Below are positions 25,063 to 32,000 of a DNA stretch of 32,000 bases, one piece after another. Numbering within the stretch: position 1 is the stretch's first letter; each line of letters starts with the position of its first letter. The notes below the pieces were generated by a model that made no database searches, was not told the DNA's origin, and saw only the letters and a program-made list of their open reading frames with translations. Source of the DNA: Candidatus Odinarchaeota archaeon (GTDB lineage Archaea > Asgardarchaeota > Odinarchaeia > Odinarchaeales > Odinarchaeaceae); assembly GCA_038826135.1 (NCBI GenBank), contig JAWBON010000005.1, forward strand, positions 1,842 through 33,841, written 5' to 3'. The position numbers were made by a program, and so were the translations under genes.

Positions 25063-25584
25063 TTATTTTAAGTGTTTCAATATGTGGCCGCATTCTGGAA
25101 TGATCAGTTTCTCGAGAGCGAGTTGAACCGCGGCCGGTGACCCGGGTAGGCAGAATATTATCTTATCTTTTAATATCCCTGCTGTTGACCTAGTTAGCAT
25201 TGAAGACGAACTTATTTGATCATAGCTGAGTTTTCTTAAAAGCTCGCCGAAGCCGGGTATTTTCTTCTCAAATAACGGTTCCAATGTTTCAATCGTTACA
25301 TCCCTCTTTCCAAGTCCTGTTCCACCGCTAAACAGTATTACGTTAACGTTTGACGCTAACAACTGCAGTAATTGCTTGGTTATCTCTGAACGCTCATCCG
25401 GCACATAGTGGCTGGAGTGAACTGTAAAACCGTTTTTCTGTAAAATATTTTTCATCAGTGGAGTGGTTTCATCATTGATTATCTCACCGTTTATGTACTG
25501 GGTGTATCTACTATCGCTTACAATAACTATAGCAAATGATATTTTTGTAGGAGCGTCTTGCTTGTGCTGCGCTGGTATATTCAT
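25063..25584 (-). CDS. moaB: Molybdenum/tungsten cofactor biosynthesis protein MoaB (MogA family)
   Basis: VSDSR, VPDE, GGTGLGKRDVT, IPGFGE and LPGSP. Confidence 0.92.
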   Translation of the reverse strand: MNIPAQHKQDAPTKISFAIVIVSDSRYTQYINGEIINDETTPLMKNILQKNGFTVHSSHYVPDERSEITKQLLQLLASNVNVILFSGGTGLGKRDVTIETLEPLFEKKIPGFGELLRKLSYDQISSSSMLTRSTAGILKDKIIFCLPGSPAAVQLALEKLIIPECGHILKHLK

Positions 25585-25719
25585 TTAAATCGCCTTAAGA
25601 TACATTAAGAATGGTAATTATAATAATATACTTTACTCATTTATGTTTTTTGATTACTGAAATCGGAGAGTAACTATGATTTATAATCTTGGGAGTTTAA
25701 TATATTAAAATAAAGCTAT

Positions 25720-26199
25720 ATGGAGCTGGCTGAGTTGAGTGATAGTAAAATTACCATGGTGGATATTTCCGGTAAGGAGGATGTTCTCCGGGTGGCTACA
25801 GCTGTCGGGGTGATAAAGCTTAAAAAGAAAACTATTGAAGCGATTAAAAAAGGTGAGATAAAGAAAGGCGATCCTTTAGTGAATGCTAGGTATGCTGCTG
25901 TTAACGCTGTGAAACACACGTCTTCGCTTATTTTCCTAGCCCATCCTATTCCTATAACTAATGTGGATGTTAACTTTAAAATTAATGATGAAGAGAACTC
26001 TATAAGAGCGGAGGTGACTGTTAAATCAATAGGTAAAACAGGTGTTGAACTTGAAGCTTTAAACGGTGTTATGATAGGTTTATTATCGATATGGGATATG
26101 TGCAAGTATCTTGAAAAAGACGAACAGGGGCAGTATGTTGAAACAGAGATAAAAGGCGTCAAAGTGGTTAAAAAGGAGAAGCTTAAATTAAAGGTTTAA
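25720..26199 (+). CDS. moaC: Cyclic pyranopterin monophosphate synthase
   Basis: MVDISGK, KKGDPL, LIFLAHP, KTGVELEAL and IWDMCK. Confidence 0.93.
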   Translation: MELAELSDSKITMVDISGKEDVLRVATAVGVIKLKKKTIEAIKKGEIKKGDPLVNARYAAVNAVKHTSSLIFLAHPIPITNVDVNFKINDEENSIRAEVTVKSIGKTGVELEALNGVMIGLLSIWDMCKYLEKDEQGQYVETEIKGVKVVKKEKLKLKV

Positions 26200-27227
26200 T
26201 ATCTACTCTGCGTTGTCTCTTTCAATTTTTTCAGTTCAGCGCGCAGACTCTCATTTTCCTCGATTAAAAATCTATTCTGCTTCTCAAACTCGCTGAACTG
26301 GTTTTTTAAAGAGGCTAGAGCTTCATCTATATTCAAAATGGATGTTTGAAGAGCTCTTGAACGCCAAACATTCCGCTCCTCCACTAATTGACTTATACGC
26401 TCAAGATATTTTTTCTTAGTTTCTTCAAGCTGCTGAGATAATTCATTAATCTTCTCGTTTTCTATATTTTGTTTAGAAGCTTTTACGTTTTCTGATTCCT
26501 GAGTTACCCTGTCCTGAAGTTCCTTTATCTTTTGTTTTAATGCAATATTTTCAGATTTGAGTTCGGCCATCATGTTTTTATCGAATATTAAGCTGCTTTC
26601 AACCGACTCTTTTCCGAGGATTTCCTGGATCCTCTCTTGCAAACTATCGCGCTCTTCAGATAGCCTGGAGACTTCAGCTTGCATCTCAAAAATCTTTTTC
26701 TCCGAGATGTCTAACTGCTCTGTCAGCTCGGAAATCTTTTCCTCCGACTCTGAAAGACGGGTTTTAATGTTTTTCAACAGTGGAAAAATGTTTTTTTCAA
26801 ACCGTTGCAATTCAACTAAACGATTTTTTAAGAAGTGGATTTCTTCAACCATGAAGCTGTAGTCTTCGATTTTTCTAAATAATTGTATGAAATCATTTGA
26901 ATAATTTATTATTTGAGTAATTCTGTCAGAGCTTATATTATAAATTTCTTCAGCCTCAATATTTTTATCATCTATGATATTAGAGTAGTCGATAAGATTG
27001 GCTTCCATTTTTTCAAGGGAGCCTATTAATTTATCAATATCTTTAACTCCGCTTTTCTCAATATAGCTTCTAACAGTTTTACATAAAACTGCTAACTGTT
27101 TTATAGAGCTGCTTAAGAACTCTCTATATTCCTCGAAATCAATCATGAATAGTTTAGATGTCAACGTGGATAGGAGGGCTCTTAACCTCCCTATTAGAAA
27201 CTCAATAGACTGGGACATTTCAACCAC
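26196..27227 (-). CDS. Hypothetical long coiled-coil protein
   Basis: 343 aa rich in E/K/L/Q, with heptad-like repeats over roughly the C-terminal 200 residues. Confidence 0.75.
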   Translation of the reverse strand: MVEMSQSIEFLIGRLRALLSTLTSKLFMIDFEEYREFLSSSIKQLAVLCKTVRSYIEKSGVKDIDKLIGSLEKMEANLIDYSNIIDDKNIEAEEIYNISSDRITQIINYSNDFIQLFRKIEDYSFMVEEIHFLKNRLVELQRFEKNIFPLLKNIKTRLSESEEKISELTEQLDISEKKIFEMQAEVSRLSEERDSLQERIQEILGKESVESSLIFDKNMMAELKSENIALKQKIKELQDRVTQESENVKASKQNIENEKINELSQQLEETKKKYLERISQLVEERNVWRSRALQTSILNIDEALASLKNQFSEFEKQNRFLIEENESLRAELKKLKETTQSRY

Positions 27228-27422
27228 ACAGAGATTCTTAACACTTAAATAGTAGCGGCGTGGATTTTAACTTTACCATCCTGGAGTAAAAGATTCCACT
27301 TAACTATCACGGGTTAAAAACGCTTAATCTGTTTCATCAGTCTTATATGATATTCAGCTAATAGATTAAATTCGAAAAAGATTAAATACGTAATGGTACA
27401 GTTAATTTTAGGAAGTGGGGGT

Positions 27423-28820
27423 ATGGCTAGTAGACTTATGAGTAGAGAATATCAAACCGTAAGCGAGGTTGCCGGTCCTTTACTTGTGGTTGAGAAAGTT
27501 AAGGATGTAGGTTATTCAGAACTGGTTAAGATAGTGACCCCTGACGGCGAAATTAGAAAGGGGACTGTTCTAGAAGCTACAAAAGACAGGGTTATTGTAC
27601 AAGTATTCGAGGGAACCAGTGGACTGAATATAAAGAATACTAGTGTAACTTTCACAGGGGAGACTTTAAAACTCCCTGTTTCCTCGGAGATATTGGGTCG
27701 TATTTTCAGCGGTAGCGGTGAGCCTTTAGACGGAGGCCCGGGGATAATAGCTGAAGATTATTATGATATAAACGGTTCACCAATTAACCCTTATGCTAGA
27801 GAATACCCTAGAGAGTTTATTCAGACAGGTATATCTGTAATCGACGGTATGAACAGTATAAGCAGAGGGCAGAAGCTGCCGATATTCAGCGGCAACGGTT
27901 TACCGCATAATCGTATAGCTGCGCAAATAGCTCGGCAGGCTAAGGTTCTCGGAAAAGAAGAGGAGTTTGCAATTGTATTCTGCGCTATGGGTATAACTGC
28001 TGATGAAGCTGCTTATTTCAAAAATAACTTTGAGAGAAGCGGCGCTCTTGAGAGATTAACCATGTTCATTAACTTAGCTGATGACCCTGCTATTGAAAGA
28101 ATTATTACTCCGAGAATGGCTTTGACAGCTGCAGAGTATCTTGCATATGACAAGGGGCTTAATCTACTAGTTATATTAACCGATATGACTAATTATGCTG
28201 AAGCTTTAAGAGAGATATCTGCTGCTAGAGAAGAGGTACCTGGTAGACGAGGCTACCCAGGTTACATGTATACTGATCTAGCTTCTATTTACGAGAGGGC
28301 GGGGCGTATTAAGGGTAGAAAAGGATCTATAACCCAGATGCCTATATTATCAATGCCTCAAGATGATATAACACATCCAATTCCGGATCTCACAGGTTAC
28401 ATAACAGAGGGACAGTTAATAGTGGATAGAAGCCTCCACAGGAAGGGAATTTACCCTCCTATCGACCCTAGGCCGAGCCTCTCACGTTTGATGAAAGAGG
28501 GTATAGGTAAAAACATGACTAGGGAAGATCACAGAGAGGTTAGCGATCAACTATACTATGCTTATTCAACAGGATGTGATTTAAGAGATCTAGTAGCGGT
28601 TGTCGGGGAGGAGGCTTTAACAGATAGAGACAAGTTATATTTAAAATTCGCCGATGATTTCGAGAAACAGTTTATAGGTCAAGGAGAATACGAGGAAAGG
28701 AGTATTGAGCAAACCCTGGATTTAGCGTGGGAGTTATTAAGCATGTTCCCTGAATCAGAGTTGAAGAGAATAGACCCTGACACGATTAAAAAATTCAGTC
28801 CCAAGCATAGGAGAACATAA
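27423..28820 (+). CDS. atpB: A/V-type ATP synthase subunit B
   Basis: [51 protein letters not shown] and [14 protein letters not shown]. The start is likely ATG 27423 or 27438 rather than 27393. Confidence 0.97.
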   Translation: MASRLMSREYQTVSEVAGPLLVVEKVKDVGYSELVKIVTPDGEIRKGTVLEATKDRVIVQVFEGTSGLNIKNTSVTFTGETLKLPVSSEILGRIFSGSGEPLDGGPGIIAEDYYDINGSPINPYAREYPREFIQTGISVIDGMNSISRGQKLPIFSGNGLPHNRIAAQIARQAKVLGKEEEFAIVFCAMGITADEAAYFKNNFERSGALERLTMFINLADDPAIERIITPRMALTAAEYLAYDKGLNLLVILTDMTNYAEALREISAAREEVPGRRGYPGYMYTDLASIYERAGRIKGRKGSITQMPILSMPQDDITHPIPDLTGYITEGQLIVDRSLHRKGIYPPIDPRPSLSRLMKEGIGKNMTREDHREVSDQLYYAYSTGCDLRDLVAVVGEEALTDRDKLYLKFADDFEKQFIGQGEYEERSIEQTLDLAWELLSMFPESELKRIDPDTIKKFSPKHRRT

Positions 28821-28867
28821 GAATTAACAGGTTATATTTTTTATTAAATAAATGTTAACATTTATTT

Positions 28868-30445
28868 ATGGAGGAACTTCACTTAGAAGTTTACAGTATA
28901 ATACAGTCTATCGCTAAAAAATTTTATTTAAAACAACGACTTGAAATAAAAGACATATTATTATCTGACGCGATTGATAGAATAGATGGGAATAGAAAAA
29001 CAACTGGCAGGGTATATTTTGACGGGGAAATACTTCATATAAATAAGTTCGCGGTAAAACAGAGTTTATTCAAAGAGTTTTTAATAAAAGAGGTAGCTAA
29101 AACATTTCTACCTAGGATTTTATTCAATATAGAGCGGTCTAAGGATTTCTGTTATTACATCGCTTACAAGTTAACTAGAAATAAGAGTGAGTGGTTGAAA
29201 ATATGGGAGGCCGATTCACCCCCTATTTATATGAAGGATTTAGCTTACACCCCGCAATACGATCTTATTGAAATAGATAATATCACGGATGGTAGAGCTG
29301 TTAAGCTAATTTTTGATTTTTTCAGCGAGGCTGAGAAGTACAGGGATAAACTAGATCTAGAGGATTATTTACTATTTTATAACTCTATTCAGAAGGAGAT
29401 AACCCCTAGAATATCAGAGCGGGATTACAAGTTACTACTAGAAATTTGCAAGTATAATACACCTGACTTGACTACGCTTTCTAAAAATATGGGTTTAAGC
29501 GTTAAAAAAGTTAAAAGACATTATTATAAGCTTAAAAAACATTTATGGCTGAATTTTTTAGCTTTCCCGAACTGGAGTAAGATAGGTTTAGAATACGTGA
29601 TCGTTCTTGTTGACCCGGTGAATAAACAGATATTAAATGTGAAAGAGCGGCTGGTGAAACCGTATACCCGAATCATCCATCGAATCGGTGGAGGGGAGGC
29701 TTCTAAAATATTATTTATTTGCACACCGCCTTTCGGAACTATTTACGTTATTGAAAAATATCTCCGTAAACTAGAATATGATGGTTTAATTAAAAACTAT
29801 AATATAATGAAGCCGGTAAAGTTTACGCGTTCAATTAACATGAAGCTTTTAAATATTAAACGCGGGGAGTGGGAGTTGGAAAATATTGAGAAATCAAACA
29901 ATGATTATCCTGTAATATATGAAATGGACTTAGGCTACCAGCCTCACCCCCCGTTATTTGATAAAGAGGATATTAGGATATTATTCGAATTAGATACAGC
30001 GCCTGGTGTTGAGAACCCGGTTAATAGAGTTTCTAAAAAAACTAGGATACCTAGAGGACATGTTTCTAAGAGGTTTAAAAGACTTAGAGAGGATGGATTT
30101 TTTATAAGCTACCCTGTAGTCTACCCTCCTTTAATCAAATTGCCTGAGACTATATTCACTATTGTTAAAAGAGATAAAAATGAGCCTATAGAGGAGCTTA
30201 AACAAGTGTTTTTAAAATTCCCGGATAACTATATATTCGATTTAGAAGATGGGCTAGTAGCGGTTAACCATGTCTCATGGGAGATAGCGCATGCTTTTAA
30301 TATAATTACTAAACGCATTTTAGCGTTGAAAGGAATAGGGGAGTTGAAACTGTTTTTTGAACATGTGAATTATGGTAGTATGCCCAGCCCTTCGAGATTT
30401 TTCAAAGAAGGCGGCTGGATGCACCCGTCTGGATTTTGGAGTTAA
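28868..30445 (+). CDS. Multi-domain putative regulator: unknown N-terminal domain plus two Lrp/AsnC-like wHTH modules
   Basis: HTH-like segments ISERDYKLL...LSKNMGLSVKKVKRHYYKLKK and FDKEDIRIL...VSKKTRIPRGHVSKRFKRLREDG, each followed by a beta-rich ligand-binding-like region. Confidence 0.6.
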   Translation: MEELHLEVYSIIQSIAKKFYLKQRLEIKDILLSDAIDRIDGNRKTTGRVYFDGEILHINKFAVKQSLFKEFLIKEVAKTFLPRILFNIERSKDFCYYIAYKLTRNKSEWLKIWEADSPPIYMKDLAYTPQYDLIEIDNITDGRAVKLIFDFFSEAEKYRDKLDLEDYLLFYNSIQKEITPRISERDYKLLLEICKYNTPDLTTLSKNMGLSVKKVKRHYYKLKKHLWLNFLAFPNWSKIGLEYVIVLVDPVNKQILNVKERLVKPYTRIIHRIGGGEASKILFICTPPFGTIYVIEKYLRKLEYDGLIKNYNIMKPVKFTRSINMKLLNIKRGEWELENIEKSNNDYPVIYEMDLGYQPHPPLFDKEDIRILFELDTAPGVENPVNRVSKKTRIPRGHVSKRFKRLREDGFFISYPVVYPPLIKLPETIFTIVKRDKNEPIEELKQVFLKFPDNYIFDLEDGLVAVNHVSWEIAHAFNIITKRILALKGIGELKLFFEHVNYGSMPSPSRFFKEGGWMHPSGFWS

Positions 30446-30574
30446 TAGTTTAAGTTATCTCTAAGTATTTAAAATATGTTTAATTTTATAGTTAATAATT
30501 TTAATTATACTTGGATTTGTTAATTTAATAGCTGAATTTTTATAGTTTTTTCTAAACAACATTACGGTGATATT

Positions 30575-30667
30575 ATGAACCTTGAGCTTTTACAAAACAA
30601 AACATTCCAGTTTATCACCACCGCATTAACCGAAGGGTTCACCTGGCCTATAAGAGGGCCTGTGTAA
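30575..30667 (+). CDS. Possible 30-aa small ORF
   Basis: MNLELLQNKTFQFITTALTEGFTWPIRGPV*. GGTGA lies 4 nt upstream, the same geometry as gcvT. Confidence 0.25.
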   Translation: MNLELLQNKTFQFITTALTEGFTWPIRGPV

Positions 30668-30814
30668 ACCCTCCTATTTTTATAACAGTTCTTCGAATAA
30701 TTCGATAACAGTTTTTAATCATATTCCAGCAACTGTAAAATTTTACCAGAATTCAATTCCAAAATAGCATAGCAAAGTTAAAGCAATTAAAACAGCACCT
30801 ATAAATATTCAACC

Positions 30815-31378
30815 TTAAAAATTTTGGTGAAAAATTTTCTCTAAAACCGTTTTAAAACTCTCAACAACATTAAAACCCGTAACTGCAACACTCCGGATGT
30901 AAACAGTGCTCTTACAGCTTTTCAAAATAGCTCTCAAATCATCTTCTGATATAACATCCCCTAAATCATATTTATTCATACTCACCACAACCGGGATCTC
31001 TTTTTCAAGTTTATCACCGAAAAATGATATAAGCTCTTTCCAACTCCGTAGGTTTTCCTCCGCGTACTTTCTCTGGGAGTCGGCTACAAAGATTATTCCA
31101 TCAGTGTCTGCGAGAACTGTTAAACGCGTCTCAGCGTAATAATCTTGGCCAGTCGCAGACCACACTTCAACCTGAATAGTCCAATCTTTCTGGTTAATAG
31201 AAAGTGGAGCGTAATCGAAAAATAAGGTTCTTCCAGTCGATGTCTCCAGCGATTTAACATGTTGATTTGGACTAACCTTTTCAAAAAGCTTCTTTAAAGA
31301 AGTCGTCTTACCGCTCATCGCAGGCCCGTAATACACTATTTTCACATTTACACATTTATTATTCCAGTCAACTAACAT
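30815..31378 (-). CDS. MglA/Arf-like small GTPase
   Basis: VKIVYYGPAMSGKTT, TGRTLFFDY, SATGQ, DGIIFVADSQ and NKYD; these resemble MglA motifs. Confidence 0.88.
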   Translation of the reverse strand: MLVDWNNKCVNVKIVYYGPAMSGKTTSLKKLFEKVSPNQHVKSLETSTGRTLFFDYAPLSINQKDWTIQVEVWSATGQDYYAETRLTVLADTDGIIFVADSQRKYAEENLRSWKELISFFGDKLEKEIPVVVSMNKYDLGDVISEDDLRAILKSCKSTVYIRSVAVTGFNVVESFKTVLEKIFHQNF

Positions 31379-31379
31379 A

Positions 31380-32000
31380 TTACCCCCACAATCCTTCTAT
31401 AATATCGCCGAGAACAGACAGCTTACCGCTTTTAACATATTTATGAAAACTTAACCCCCACTCAGCATATATGAAGTCAAGAATCCGCGAGGCGCTTGCA
31501 CAATTATATTTGATAGAGTCCAGTAGTGTTTTCTCAGAAATAACGCCTTCTATATTAAATTCATTTATAAGATCCAGTCTTGTTAACAAGTAGAGCGCTC
31601 TTTTACAAGCGTTAACGAATAGAAATATTTGAGAGTTGAATAAGCTCTCCTTCAACCCCTCTTCTTCAGCTTCAAAATTTAGAAGAGTCGAGGAGAAGAT
31701 GGGGCTGACAGTCGAACCGCATATTTTACTTTTAAGAACCCGTTTAACCCTCTCAATGGAGGATGCGGATTCACTCTCTATCTTATTTATTAAATCTCTT
31801 TCAAATGATGTGTCGAGTGTGTTTTGATATTTAGAAGGGGTTAATTCGGAAATACTGTGAGAGTTTTTAAAAATTTTAACAGTTAAAGTTAGTTGACTGT
31901 GCTCCTCGATACGTTGTATGCATTCTTGAATATTTTTCTCCCCGTCAACTATAGACACAACCCAGCCGCGGAAGTCCGTATAACCCTCTAATATATGGTT
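31380..32000 (-). CDS. Hypothetical protein, probably 5'-partial; stop codon 1 nt before the GTPase ATG
   Basis: The frame stays open upstream of the tracked GTG at 31958 to the window edge (NHILEGYTDFRGWV...). No family recognised. Confidence 0.6.
   Translation of the reverse strand, partial: NHILEGYTDFRGWVVSIVDGEKNIQECIQRIEEHSQLTLTVKIFKNSHSISELTPSKYQNTLDTSFERDLINKIESESASSIERVKRVLKSKICGSTVSPIFSSTLLNFEAEEEGLKESLFNSQIFLFVNACKRALYLLTRLDLINEFNIEGVISEKTLLDSIKYNCASASRILDFIYAEWGLSFHKYVKSGKLSVLGDIIEGLWG

Noticed and set aside
523-31827. Antisense and overlapping ORFs in the track (for example 523-738, 4187-4495, 10193-10471, 20347-20760, 21718-22167, 25716-26162)
   Set aside because: They are shadows of well-supported genes on the opposite strand, with no recognisable motifs.

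Overview
Gene-dense, AT-rich archaeal chromosome segment, most likely from an Asgard archaeon. An Odinarchaeia-like thermophile is plausible; this is inferred from gene content such as Rab-like and MglA-like GTPases, Elf1, archaeal RPA/RFC/TrpRS and archaeal tRNAs. It holds about 37 mostly housekeeping CDS: gcvH, gcvT, folP, two radical SAM enzymes, trpS, a SufS-like desulfurase, RPA, archease, pgk, rfc, truA, moaB, moaC and A/V-ATPase B. No CRISPR array, rRNA or mobile element was seen. The standout signal is an expanded bulge-helix-bulge (BHB) splicing system. All four tRNA genes are interrupted, with nine introns in total and only two at the canonical 37/38 site. One tRNA-Met(CAT) carries four introns (30/31, 37/38, 45/46, 59/60). 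The protein-coding UPF0147 gene also carries a 27-nt BHB/BHL-flanked insertion with an in-frame stop. Cutting it at the positions predicted by the BHB rule restores the frame and a family-like C-terminal helix, making it a candidate pre-mRNA intron spliced by the tRNA machinery. Archease, the cofactor of the RtcB ligase, is encoded in the same window. A CsaA/Trbp-type tRNA-binding gene appears to start at a non-canonical ATT codon. All RNA structures and splice sites were derived by hand and need computational and RNA-level confirmation.
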